A stretch of DNA of 63,020 bases, the filler included, from Rhabdomonas costata (taxonomy: Eukaryota): NCBI GenBank assembly GCA_019059605.1. It is 54 parts of 54 records of this genome, joined end to end, with 100 filler letters (N's around TTAATTAATTAA, not from the genome) between each part and the next. Parts side by side here need not be neighbours in the genome. Positions count along the whole stretch, not along the records: positions 1 to 1,070 come from JAHMHO010030253.1; positions 1,171 to 2,240 come from JAHMHO010030254.1; positions 2,341 to 3,409 come from JAHMHO010030255.1; positions 3,510 to 4,579 come from JAHMHO010030256.1; positions 4,680 to 5,748 come from JAHMHO010030257.1; positions 5,849 to 6,916 come from JAHMHO010030258.1; positions 7,017 to 8,085 come from JAHMHO010030259.1; positions 8,186 to 9,256 come from JAHMHO010030260.1; 46 more parts are not named here. One strand, 5' to 3'. This document shows positions 1 to 12,084 of this stretch, in pieces. A program made the position numbers and the translations under genes. The notes below the pieces were generated by a model. It made no database searches and was not told where the DNA came from. It was given only the letters and a program-made list of their open reading frames with translations. Every line of letters starts with the position of its first letter. The stretch's first letter is position 1.

Positions 1-1070
1 TTGGTGGCCTTGAGCCGTTGGGGCGGTTGCCCTGCCAAATTCCGCTTGTGCGGGGTGCTGCTCTTGCATCGTGGTCATTGATGTTCTGGAAAATAACGGC
101 AGCACGAAAGACCTTCTTTTTTTTTTTGATGGCCTTGTGCTTGTTGTTTTGAGAAGCAGGTTCGCGCATGTCTTCCTGACCGAATCCATCACCGTATCTT
201 ATTCGCGGTTGCGTTTGCGTGTTCGGAAGTTAATCTGGTCTCATGTTTTTTCGACGGGTGGCGCGGTTTTGGGTGTATGATTCGGGGTTCCTTCCCACAG
301 TTTGTGGTGGTGGCCGGGGGCGCCAATACTAGGGTTAATTCTTACAGCGGGCCGGAGGGAATAAGCCCAAACTTGGAACTGAGGTGCCGCGGGCAAAGGT
401 GAGAACCATTATCGCGAATTCTTGCTCTCTGTGCCGTGTCCCGCTCTTGGTGGTCGAGACTGCCACCGCAGGAGTTCTAAGGCAGCACGCGTCGCGCGTT
501 GCCTTGGAAACTGCCCGCAGGTTCGGTGGCATGGGTTTCCATTTTACGCCAACGATCTGATGTGGTTGCCTTTGCGGATTTCGAGGTTGAGGACTTTTTG
601 CCGCAACACGCACCGCGACCTATGGTTTCCAGCCCTAGCCTATGCGCTATATATAAAGTCCCGCAAGTGTTTTCCGGTCTGCGCAAAATAACCGGCGGCT
701 ATGCCGGTTATTTCGCGTATTTGCGTGTGCTGTTATGTCCCTTCCGCCGACCGCTGGTCCAGAGATTGCAGGAATTGGCGCCTGAAAAGGGGATCCAAGA
801 AGTACTATTCAGGATTCGCTCGGTTTTAAGAACAGCAGTAGCGACCAAGTGGCATTGATCCTTTCCATGAAAATTGGCCAGATTAAATCAGTGACGGCTT
901 TCAAAACACTCAGAACTGCAGGTGTCATGAATCTGAAAACGTGAGTCTAACTCCCCCACCCCAACCTCACCTCCATTTGGGAGCGCGCTACACAAGAAAC
1001 GTGCTCTGCAAAAACGGTGGTCATCGCACATCACGTATAAAAGGTCAGCCTCACATCCACCAATACAACT

Positions 1071-1170
1071 NNNNNNNNNNNNNNNNNNNNNNNNNNNNNN
1101 NNNNNNNNNNNNNNTTAATTAATTAANNNNNNNNNNNNNNNNNNNNNNNNNNNNNNNNNNNNNNNNNNNN
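1071..1170. other. Artificial contig spacer (N44-TTAATTAATTAA-N44), first of about 53 copies recurring every ~1,169 bp
   Basis: Identical 100-nt block with a six-frame stop cassette. Intervening contigs are all about 1,068-1,072 bp, i.e. length-sorted. Confidence 0.99.
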
Positions 1171-2436
1171 GGTTTTGGGTGGAGAGCAGCAGGGAGACGC
1201 TCCCGCAGCCGAGCAGCGTAGGCGAGCAGTGAACGGGACTGGGTCAGAGAGCGAAAAGCAGGAGGGCACGGCAAGCGAAAGGCAGAGGAGAAAGGATAGC
1301 AGCCAACGAGCAGAGATGAAAAGAGATAAAGCGCACCCGAGATATAAGAAGAGAGGAGCTATGAAGACGGGAAAGGCTTGAGGCAAGACAATGGCTAAAC
1401 AGAAGGCCATGCTGAAATGATTATAGAAGAGAAGGTGGATATAAATGCAATCCTCGATGCGCATGTGCAGTTGGGTTTGTTGAGTTTTTTTTACCAGCGA
1501 GGATTGAGGTCAAAATCCTGCAGAAAAGGGAATTTCAAGACGAGTGGATGGAGAACTTTTTTGAATTTTGTGGTGCTTTTGGTTGTGATTAGAAATCTGT
1601 TCACCTAATTTACGTGTCACAGCTAAAAAGCTCAGCGGAGCGAGGCTAAAAGCGATGTTGAGGCAAGTCAGGGCTAAAGGTGTGCTGTGCTGTGCTTTGG
1701 TCCCGTTCCATTCTTCTTGTTTTTTTTGTGGGAAATCCGTGAGCGGACGGCTGGGTAGAGGCAAGACCTCCAGGACACCACCTCCCAGAGGAACCCTCGA
1801 AAGCAAAGGCCCTTTGAAACGAGAATCCAGCAGAAGCCACAGCAAGAGAAGTCCAGCGAAACCAAGCTCAGCAGTGGAGTAGAGAGCGCCAAAAGCTGAC
1901 ATTTTCAAGCCAATTGCATAAATCTGACGTGGTATCAGTGGAGACATAGACGTGCAAGAGGGTGTATTTTCCGCAAAGGAGGCGGAAGAAGTCAAGCCAA
2001 CCAAGCAAGATCAGCTTGCTACAGTTTGAACAGAAGTGGAAGATAAAGAGGAAGTTACTGAACTAGCACAGTAAAAATGGTAAAACTGATAAAGTAAGTG
2101 GAACACAGCATATGTGGCCACCACTGTGAGGTTTTACCAACCACCCCCGAGATTGAGAAGCTAAAATGTGGAGTTTGCAAGAAGTTTTACAGATTCAGGT
2201 ACTGGATATCTTCCACCACCCCACCAAACACACCCACCACNNNNNNNNNNNNNNNNNNNNNNNNNNNNNNNNNNNNNNNNNNNNTTAATTAATTAANNNN
2301 NNNNNNNNNNNNNNNNNNNNNNNNNNNNNNNNNNNNNNNNGTTGTGTGTGATGTTTAGCATGTTCGTTTTTTAGGGGTGAAGGGATGTCACTGGACAATC
2401 GTTCGTTCATGTGGGTTGTGTTGCCTCTGTTTGTAG

Positions 2437-2634
2437 TTCATTGGAGCCGCGGTGGAGAAGGCTCGGACGATGGTCCACCTCGCGGGTCCCAATGACCTTC
2501 TGCTTTCGGAGGCCGCCATGGCGGAAATCAAGCACCGCCTTGGCGATATTAGGGGATTTGTTGCGGAAGTCTTCGGGAGGGTCGTCCTGCCGGGTTGGGA
2601 ACACAAGGAGCAGATCACTGCCTTGGTGGCTGAG
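2437..2634 (+). CDS. Exon of a class III nucleotide cyclase-like domain (C-terminal half, degenerate)
   Basis: TAG|...GAG|GT exon of 66 codons: FIGAAVEKARTMVHLAGPNDLLLSEAA...FGRVVLPGWEHKEQITAL. Resembles the cyclase pattern G..VN.AAR....A....IL.SE....G...LKG. Confidence 0.55.
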
Positions 2635-5269
2635 GTGTCACCCGTTTATGAGGGAGTTGGGGTTTCAACGGGCTCGACGTAGAATTATTCCAAATCAGAA
2701 TGCGGTGTTCTCACAACCCTGAACGGGGTGATCAAATCTCTGTGAGATCAGAAGAAGAGGGACGAAACCGCAGCGCCCTCTTGGCACTGCGCAAAAACAA
2801 AGAGGTGTGGTGATGGGACTTTGCAGGATAGGAAAGGTTGATTCTCCATTTTGACTGCGACGGGTTTGAGACTGTTAGCCACACACACTCGCTCGGCCCG
2901 TCTATTGCTGATGCGGAACCTCTCAGGAAATGCAAAATGCGGTTCGGCCCTATGACCAAGGCTTCGTGATCTTTCAATGGTATGGCGCTTGCACACTGAG
3001 CTTATTGTTGTTTAGCTTCTTATGATAGCAAGTTTTTTTTTCGTTTGACGGTGCGTTTTGTCCTTCTGGGTGCCCGTTTGCCAAAAGTTTCCTTCCCCTA
3101 CCTCTCATTCTTCATTCTGTCAAGTGTGAAGGAGATCTCACTGTTGTTATGCTCAAGTGTTTTCTCTGGCTTGGCGCTTTTCTGCAGCCATGCCTTTGAG
3201 TGTCCGGTTGTGAGTGTTGTGGCCATGCTTGTGCCAGAGCACCCAGGGCTGCTGCAACCTGCACCGCCGTTTTGTCGTGACTTGGTGAAAAGCTACGCAT
3301 AAGCCAGCGCGTTATGCGCACTACACGCGGACGCCCACAATGATGCTTGCCTCATCCGAACTGTTTCCAAGGCTATTCTATTTTGCGGCCTGGCCGCAGG
3401 TGGCACGAGNNNNNNNNNNNNNNNNNNNNNNNNNNNNNNNNNNNNNNNNNNNNTTAATTAATTAANNNNNNNNNNNNNNNNNNNNNNNNNNNNNNNNNNN
3501 NNNNNNNNNAACCAACCGAGGCGATCGCGTTTGAGTGTTCTGCATTGTTCGGCAACGTGTGATCATTTTTCATATCTAAGTTTTTTCTCTCTTTTTTGGC
3601 CCTTTTTGAGGTTGTCTTTGCTAAAAAGGGGTCTTTTCCATGCAGTAGCGGATGGCCTCGCACCCCCCCCCCCCTGATTTAGACAATGTTGGCGCTGGAA
3701 AAGGCAGGTTTCGACGCCCCAACATTGTCTTTTTGCAGGGGGGAGGGAGGCGGGCAGCTCCAACGGGGTTTTGGGGTAATCGGGATAACGTTTCAGGCAA
3801 ATGGAAAGCATATGGGAAACGGAATCGAATGGCTCAAAGTATTTATAGCACGTTACACCGTTACTCAGAACACGTGCTTTTTAGCCTCAGCAGCATGACA
3901 ACGTTTAAAGCATATCGTATGCATCCATACAAGCCTAGCGGCATTTTATAGCGTTCCCAGGACTTCAATTGGAAACTCGTAACATACTAAATCCTGAGTT
4001 CCGGGATGTAATTTACCTTACGTATAAAGACAGGGGAAGAAAGGGGAGCCCACCACACCTCAACCCGTAGTGAGCCATCATTTCCGCGAATTCCCGCAAC
4101 AGGGGCACTTCCGGGGCGGCCTGGGGCCGAGACGGGCCTGATGCTGGACCTTCTGGGGGGTACAACGAGTGCGGCGGGACCCCCCACATAGGTGTGTGCC
4201 CCCCAACCCGCGAAGCCCACGGAGGAGACAGCGGATTCAGCAGAGAGGGCGACAGTGTGAGGGTCAATCCAAACCTCGGGGAGGAGGAGAAGCTACAAAT
4301 TCATTCTAAATGTACCCAGCCCTTAGAATATGTCTATGTATTCGAACATCTCAGAATGAAACAGCAATGAAGGGCCTTCGGAGGGGGCTATCAGGGGGTC
4401 AGCAAATGCCGATTAAACCTCTTGTCAAGTACCACCACAACTTAAAATCGGAATTTCTGAGGCAAAATGTCAGCTCCCCAAACGACCCTCCTCCCCACCG
4501 AAAGCCAGACTGGCCACAGAGCGACGACGGCCTCAGTGCCAGGCGCGCGCGGGGCACCAACCGCAGGTACACCACCACANNNNNNNNNNNNNNNNNNNNN
4601 NNNNNNNNNNNNNNNNNNNNNNNTTAATTAATTAANNNNNNNNNNNNNNNNNNNNNNNNNNNNNNNNNNNNNNNNNNNNAAATCTGATTTATTCATTGAG
4701 ATAGACGATAGCAAGAGACAGACTCGCTTCGAACTGAAATCACGGTTTCGAGCAACGAATATGGAGAGGTGGCTGAATCGCAAGGGAAGGGCTTTTTAAA
4801 GCTGTCAATTTTCCGAAAGAAAAAAGACAAATCTCAAAATGAAAAGGATCCAAAATCGGCATACAATCCTGCATCTCGGTCCCCTCTCCCCCTCAAGGAT
4901 CAATGTCGGGACAATCTGCGCAGATTCTGTTGGCCTCTTTCGTACTGACTTTTCGAGGTTGGGAGGGTGAGTTCGAAGAGGCAGCGGCAATCCAAGCGCA
5001 AACGTTGCCTATCTTTGTTTTGCTTGATTTTGGCTATTTTTGAGCATTTGTTGGGGATTTTTGACGGAATAAAAACCTAAATTCTCGGTCCTCCTGGGGA
5101 CTGCACAAGCGAGCAAGGGAAGGCCACGGTAATGGAAAGAATAACGCCGTGGATATTTTATTTCACCTACCCAGGAAATGATCAATAATCATCGCTTGTC
5201 AAGGTTTCCAAACCGAGAGGGAAAGAATCAGTCGAAATGCCTCCTGTTACCTTTTGCTGCGCTTCAACC

Positions 5270-5505
5270 CTGGTTTTTCGAGCATTCATACTGTCTGCAC
5301 ATGGCCCTTGGCGTCAAGAAAGCATTTCCAATAGTTTCTTGTGAACCCCACTTTGTACACGTAACTATCCAGATGGGTGATTAGATCCGGGAGGAGTCCT
5401 TTTTTCTCCCCAAAACCTGTCTGTCGGTCAAAAAGTGTTCGCGTTTTGACAAAAAACCCATGCTTCCAAAAGTAGGTGAAATCCCGGTGTCCACAACGAT
5501 ATCTG
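5270..5505 (-). mobile_element. Possible decayed restriction-like endonuclease (REL) region of a non-LTR retrotransposon, inside an intron
   Basis: Minus strand reads DIVVD, then after a frameshift YFWKHGFFVKTRTLFDRQTGFGEKKGLLPDLITHLDSYVYKVGF. This resembles the HD.VV...GF.V...PDL REL pattern. Stops and frameshifts are present. Confidence 0.3.
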
Positions 5506-5649
5506 AGGGAGCCCTAGACAATGAGTCAAAGAAAGTCCGGAATTATTTGTCAATTCTTGCCAAGAAAAGAATCCTTTTTAAACTGAGTTTTATCAAATAC
5601 AGACACGATGTAAAACGAAGGGTATGCGTACCACATTCTTCCACCGTAC

Positions 5650-5748
5650 CTTTATTCCAATCGGGGCTTTAGCCTGGACCAATGCCTGCACCAAATCCAG
5701 AGGCACGTCGGGGTGTTTTGCCACGAGGTGCAGGATGGTGCACTTCCC
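5650..5748 (-). CDS. Ankyrin-repeat exon (partial)
   Basis: 33 codons, GKCTILHLVAKHPDVPLDLVQALVQAKAPIGIK, followed by an AAG|GTACGG donor. Confidence 0.7.
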
Positions 5749-8700
5749 NNNNNNNNNNNNNNNNNNNNNNNNNNNNNNNNNNNNNNNNNNNNTTAATTAA
5801 TTAANNNNNNNNNNNNNNNNNNNNNNNNNNNNNNNNNNNNNNNNNNNNGTACTTTGAGGCGTGTCACCGTGGTATAGTTTCTTGATTGAGCAAGTTTTTT
5901 GGGGAGATGGACTATCATGTCCCAGGAAAGCTGAGAAAGTGATACCCCAGCGAAGACGGACGAAGCGTAAAAGCCGTCCCCTTCAGTGCGACAGTCTCTC
6001 TCGACAGCAGCCGTTAACAGCGAAGGCCAATAGGGTCAATCAGACGGTATAGTCCCTGGTGCCCGTGCGGAACGAGCCCAATGGGATATACCCTCCGGCG
6101 GATAGATACCGCACAGCCGTCAAGAGCACGCGCGGACACACCCGGCATTCCTTCGAACGCACAGCCCGTTGCGGTGTTTTACCATGAACCGAAAATTTTC
6201 GATGTTTCATGAAATTCCTCCAGTTTTGGAAAAAATCGGTTTTGGCGAAGAGGGATCCAATCCCCGCATCGCACTGCTCAGCTCCATGAGATTTATTGTG
6301 CTACTTACTCCGGAAGACCTGGTATATGTTGAACTAGGCGCGGAGTTCTATTGCTGGAGTTGATTTCTCTTGTTCTTTGTGGAACTTTTGGTGCTTTCTT
6401 TGCTGTATAGGCAAATGCATTACACGCAGGCAAGCCGCAGCGCCATTCAATGAGAAGAATACTGCGGAACACGAAATAGGACGTCGTACGACGAATATGG
6501 ACATAAAAGCAAGCAACCTTCCATTTGCATCCAAAATCAATACACAAAGGTCTCAGAGTCTCAAAGCCCCACCACGTTGCCAGGCTATGTTTGCACCATT
6601 CAGTTTATATAGATCACACTGCAGAGACGAGGTAATGCCATTTTTCAAGGAAGAATTCACAATTGATAATAACATGACATTTTATCAGAGCTTTTTTTTA
6701 CTTTTTCTCTAAGTCAAATGCAAGAATCCAGATATACACCCATGCTTCTCAGACTGTCTGCTTGGCTTCAAAATATGGTTTTGGTCGTAAAAATGATCTT
6801 GTATCCAGATATGCGCATTATCTCTTCGGTGTTAAGATCTGACTAAAAATCTGGAAAAAAAAGAATAACAGAATTCAAATAGTTCATCAACCGCCATAAA
6901 CAGAATTTCCACAGCANNNNNNNNNNNNNNNNNNNNNNNNNNNNNNNNNNNNNNNNNNNNTTAATTAATTAANNNNNNNNNNNNNNNNNNNNNNNNNNNN
7001 NNNNNNNNNNNNNNNNGGGTTTGTTGCATGATTGCTTGTCTTTTCCGATGAGGTTTATCATTCAGAGGGGGTTCGGTTTGTTCGGAAAAGAGTAGAGACA
7101 CGCCTCCAAGAGGTGACCGTGATGTGACCCCACTCGCATTGCCACTTACATAGGCGGCCCCGTTGCGGTGGGATTTCCCTGCCACAGAGATACATATAAA
7201 TAGTGAAACCGTGAACCCTCCTGCCATCTGCCCGCAAAATGTTGGTAATTCATGGGGTCCAGATTTGTAAGCGACTAGGGTCGAAAGTCGAATCTTGACC
7301 CTGACGTCCGTCATGGCCATGGGTGATGCGGTGTGATCCGGAGTTTTTTCACCCGGATGGTGGCGGATGGTGGCTTTTCCCGTTGAAAACGTCCCGCAGC
7401 ATTTTTTGGCCGTGTCTGTCCTTTGTTTCCCTGTGTCATTATGTCAAGCGACAATGGGGAGGAGGAGCTGGACTTGGATGCCCCTACCCCAGACGTGAGT
7501 GAGGTTGCGCGGTGGAAGATCAAGGTGTGTGTCAAGGAGTGATTAACTCCCTGAACCGTTTTCTTTTTTTTCTTTTCAGAAGGAAAAGAGTGCGTTATGT
7601 GGGCGACAGTTCTTTCTCTTAGCGTTTCTGCGTTTGCGTCTGGTGAACAGATCGAGGGTGGCATTGAGGCCGAGGTGGAGGTTGGGGAAGACTCTGCGCC
7701 ATGGTACTTCCCTTTCTTCCTTCTGCCTTCTCTTCCCTTTTGCAGTGTCCTCTGTTTCTGGAGACTCCCGAGGTGGTGATGTGGTGGGGAGAGCCGTGCC
7801 CCTGTCGCATTGCTTTTTCGCTGTCGTGGGCAAGCAGTCAAGTGTTTTTGTCTGGTTTCTTATGTGCGCACCCCCTGCTCCTCGTGATGTCCTTGCCAAT
7901 GAGGGTTAGGTTTAGGTTCTGAGGTTCTCTGCCGCTGGGGGGGGGTCCACGTGTGGGTTCACCTGATATGAGGACAAGAAGGGCAGAAACTGGAAGCTCC
8001 ACCAATGCTTTTGACCAATGCTTTTTGCCACACGCAGGTACGTCCACGCCATTGTCAACAATGGAGTCGATCACCACCAACCACCNNNNNNNNNNNNNNN
8101 NNNNNNNNNNNNNNNNNNNNNNNNNNNNNTTAATTAATTAANNNNNNNNNNNNNNNNNNNNNNNNNNNNNNNNNNNNNNNNNNNNGGTGTGGGTTAGACG
8201 CTTAGCACCGCTGGAGGTTTGGTTCACGCGTGTTGGACACCACAAACACACTATTCAGAACACTATTCACAACACTATTAAGCTGAAGAGCGATCACTGC
8301 TGAGCTGAACACGGGGGGGGGGCGTCTACTACACGCAAGCCGAAGGTTAAGCACTGTTGAGCAAAACGTGTCCGTATAGGGGGTGGAAAAAACAGTATAC
8401 GTAACACCAAATAAAGACATTGAAACAAATTTGGAGGGTTAGGAGCCCCGGTGCACCAAAAATACAGTAGCATCGTCACGGGCTCTTTCAGTACTGCTAA
8501 ATGTTCTGCATTGCCAAATGGAGCATCGTTCACACCGAGGAACGTCCCAAACCAGCCGCCCGCTCCAACCGGCCGCGCCCCGGACTTGCTTGTGCCTCCA
8601 AATTTGTTGTTAGGAAAGCTAAGCTAAGCTAAAAAAGCTTTTTCACTCCGAACGGCGAACGCCCCTCCCCCCAATACAATCTTCCCCCCAATACTACGAA

Positions 8701-9203
8701 ACAAACCACAAGCGCACCAAAAGACATCAGGTACTGCAGAGTGCAATTCATGTTGAGGAAGAAAAGCATCTTGCGCATCGCCACCCGCTGCTCGGGAAAC
8801 AGAGGACTCGCAGGATCGTACCTACCCCCCAAACACAACATAACCCGTACAGTATGGCATCAGAGAAATCCCGTGTCCTGCAACCAAACGAGCCCCAAGT
8901 CCCGTGAGGCCCAAGACACTTATCGCCGCAACGAAATGAGGAGATGGTTTGGGGAGCCACGCAGAAGAACCAGTTGCAAACAAGCAACAGCTCCAAATCG
9001 GCAGTTTGATCATCACACCTCAGCTTCTTCCTGTTCACGAGATCGCCGCCCCCGCACTCGCGTGCAGCCCACATACAAAGCCAAAAAGAAGTAAACGAAG
9101 CCTCGCCTCCTTGACGGAGGACTCACCGACCTGACCGAAGATGAAAAAAAAAAAAGAACCCTTTTCGAGCAGGCCGACGCCCGCTACCGAGCTGCCCGAG
9201 AAT

Positions 9204-9209
<6 letters not shown>

Positions 9210-9249
<40 letters not shown>
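9210..9249 (+). repeat. (GA)n microsatellite
   Basis: About 20 GA units at the contig end. Confidence 0.95.
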
Positions 9250-9254
<5 letters not shown>

Positions 9255-9356
9255 CGNNNNNNNNNNNNNNNNNNNNNNNNNNNNNNNNNNNNNNNNNNNN
9301 TTAATTAATTAANNNNNNNNNNNNNNNNNNNNNNNNNNNNNNNNNNNNNNNNNNNN

Positions 9357-9467
9357 TTGTTGTGGTCCGAAGAGCTTGTTGTGGCTGAGGTCCAGAAAAG
9401 CGAGGGTTGGTGGGAGATGAGTGAGGTCCACGCAGGAGGAAAGGGAGTTAAGGCTCAGGAAGATTTG
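9357..9467 (-). CDS. Leucine-rich repeat fragment
   Basis: QIFLSLNSLSSCVDLTHLPPTLAFLDLSHNKLFGP: LxxLDLSxNxLxG core plus a VDLTHLPxxL linker. No clear AG acceptor upstream, so it could be a pseudogene. Confidence 0.65.
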
Positions 9468-10525
9468 AGGTGTTGTTCCCCAATTACGTATTCATGATGG
9501 GCATAACCCGTCATCTCAGAAGCTCGCAGTGACGTGCCAAGCTCTCTTCCCTTCTGTCTCTCCCTTTTGTCGCACATAATGCACATGCATTCATTCAGAC
9601 AGGCAAACAAGCAGACTCTCAGACAAAAAAAAGAGACCGGCAGGGGGGCCGTTTGCCGTCCCAAAGCCAGTTTTCGGTTGCCGCGGCAGGCTTTCAATGC
9701 TTTTTCTGCTTCTCTTACGCGCACGCTCCGAGTCACGAGTCACGAGAAGTTATAGGATACCTCTGTAAACCCAGTTGTCAGCCACAGCATCTATCCTGGT
9801 GGAGTGGCGACGCGTGCAATCCGTCGCCCCTCCAAGAGCTGTCTTCCGTTCGTTCGTTGGACGCCGTGCAAAACCCTGCCCTGCTGGTCCATAACCTCCG
9901 CTGGTCGAATCTCAACATGGCGTACGCGGGAATCAGGGTTAAAAAGATACAACAGAGCGAAAAAGAAAAAGAAAACCGTCCAAAATCAGCAGAGGCTCAT
10001 CAAAGGTTCCCCCAGAGTATTCCGGTGGGCCAGAGAACTGGGGGTGTTAATCAAAAAGCTGCCCAGAAAAAAGGGTCCACCCTACAACCGATTGAATCTC
10101 ACAGAGGTACAATGTACAGAGGTGAGGTCCATTCCGGTGCCTAGGGTCAAGCGGAGTGCTCGGGGTAGAGCTTGCCGCCCAGGCTGCGCAGGCCGAGGTC
10201 AATGGAGAGCACCAAGAAGCCCACGGAGAGGGCATGGCAGGCGGGGTACCGTGGGGTCAGCGCGGCAAGACCCAGGCAGAGGTCCTCACATGTCACCCCA
10301 AACTTTCCTTTTTGGAGGTTACCAACAAACAAAAAGAAGTGCGCTGTTGACGCCATGCAGAATGGAACAATTGTTGGCAGCAACAGTGGCGGGAAATAAC
10401 AACAACACCCAACCACACCCAACACNNNNNNNNNNNNNNNNNNNNNNNNNNNNNNNNNNNNNNNNNNNNTTAATTAATTAANNNNNNNNNNNNNNNNNNN
10501 NNNNNNNNNNNNNNNNNNNNNNNNN

Positions 10526-10711
10526 GTACCAGAACTCCACGGTGAACTCCGTGCAATTGGCCAGCCCGGTGAACTCCGGGAGGATGGCCACAGGGGCGGT
10601 GGAAGAGATGTGTAAGCTGGTGCCCCCACCAGGAAACCCATCATGGCCTCCCGCCACCGCCCCCAACGCCGCAGCGGCAACGAGAAGAAGCGCGGACGCG
10701 GCGACAGTCAT
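10526..10711 (-). CDS. N-terminus of a secreted protein with a probable LamG/ConA-like domain
   Basis: Signal peptide MTVAASALLLVAAAALGAVAG, then ...NCTEFTVEFWY (FTVE.W motif). A pyrimidine tract and AG lie upstream of the ATG. Confidence 0.55.
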
Positions 10712-11694
10712 GCCATGGAATTAAAGAGCTCTCACAGAGCAAAGAAGAAAAACAGCGCTAAGTTTCCACACCACAGCGGCGAACAGAACGAAGCGCAAAG
10801 GCGCAGGCCCTAACCCAAGCAGTCACAAAACCGGGTATAACAAAACGCATAGGAGATCAACTCAGATCCTTGACCGAAAGTTGTTACCATGATCCCAAAC
10901 ACATACAGGTCGTTTTACAATGGAAAACAGCTTTTCGCTGGTGAAGGCCGATGACGCGAAAAAAAAAATCAACTTTCAAAAATTGATTCCGACTCTTCGA
11001 GATTGAGTGGAAACAGAGAAAAAAGAGAATCGTTTCGCAAATGAAAGTCACCCGCAAAGGGGAGGACGAAGTTCGTTCCTGAACTCCTATAATGGGACAG
11101 CTGCGGCAGGACCCACGAAAACAACGGGGGACACACAGAGAGATGGAACACACCCTCCCATGCGCCAGGAAGTGAGAGGAGAATTGCCCGCTCGTGAAAA
11201 TGACTCCCGGCAGTTGTTGGTGTAGTTTTTTTTGCTCCCAATGGGAGCTCGGATCCTTCGGACACACCGTCGCAACGAAAAAATGGGTTCCCTTCAGACA
11301 TCAAAGGGCCTGCGCTTCGTGCCGCAGCGCGCACTTCTGCGGGCAGGCGCATCATTCTCCTCGTTCTTCCCTTCCAAAAAAAACATCCGTGTGCGGCTAG
11401 CGGCCGCTAATCCCGCGATTCACTAATCGCCAAGTGAACAGCGACAAGAACACCAACACCACGTAGTTACTAGTTACGAAATAAACCGGTTGCTGGAAGC
11501 ATTACGGCACGTCTTGACCTGATCCTGTCACCAACAACCCCAATAGCATCTAGTATCGTCGGTTTCTGTGGACGTTGCGGTGATGGATGGTGGGNNNNNN
11601 NNNNNNNNNNNNNNNNNNNNNNNNNNNNNNNNNNNNNNTTAATTAATTAANNNNNNNNNNNNNNNNNNNNNNNNNNNNNNNNNNNNNNNNNNNN

Positions 11695-12084
11695 GTTGCT
11701 CGAGGTACGATTGTGTGGGGCGCCCGCACTCTGGACGGCAACAGCAATGACTACCGCTACGTCCAGGTTCGGCGAACCCTTATCTACGTGAATCAGTCCA
11801 TCGAAATGGGTCTGCAGCAGTTTATTTTTGCACCCAACGATGGTGACACGTGGGCGGCTGTCACCGTGATGGTAAGTGACTTTCTTACTGACCTATGGAA
11901 AGATGGCGGTCTGATGGGCGACAAACCCAGCGATGCTTTCAGCGTTCAGTGCGGACTGGGCAGCACCATGACAGCCCAGGATATTCTGGACGGCCGCATG
12001 ATTGTTTCGGTGCTGCTGCAGATCATCAGCCCAGCTGAATTCATTGCCATCACCTTCACTCAAAAAATGCGTGCCTGCCTTTGA
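11695..12084 (+). CDS. Contractile tail sheath protein, C-terminal domain (eCIS/Afp-PVC-type; 5'-truncated by the contig edge)
   Basis: Open from the first base of the contig: VARGTIVWGARTLDGNSNDYRYVQVRRTLIYVNQSI...FIFAPNDGDTW...FLTDLWKDGGLMG...AFSVQCGLGSTMTAQDILDGRMIV...PAEFIAITFTQKM. Sheath hallmarks are WGART, YRY..VRR, PND..TW, GLG.TMT..DIL.G and PAEFI. Confidence 0.95.
   Translation, partial: VARGTIVWGARTLDGNSNDYRYVQVRRTLIYVNQSIEMGLQQFIFAPNDGDTWAAVTVMVSDFLTDLWKDGGLMGDKPSDAFSVQCGLGSTMTAQDILDGRMIVSVLLQIISPAEFIAITFTQKMRACL

Noticed and set aside
2221-2350. C/A-rich 3' tails and G/T-rich 5' heads on most contigs, resembling telomere addition on nanochromosomes
   Set aside because: The tails have no fixed repeat unit, vary from contig to contig and cut through exons. 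This fits untrimmed low-complexity tailing from library preparation.
11871-11877. G|GTAAGT perfect donor-like site inside the sheath ORF
   Set aside because: Sheath similarity continues in frame straight through it, so no intron is needed.
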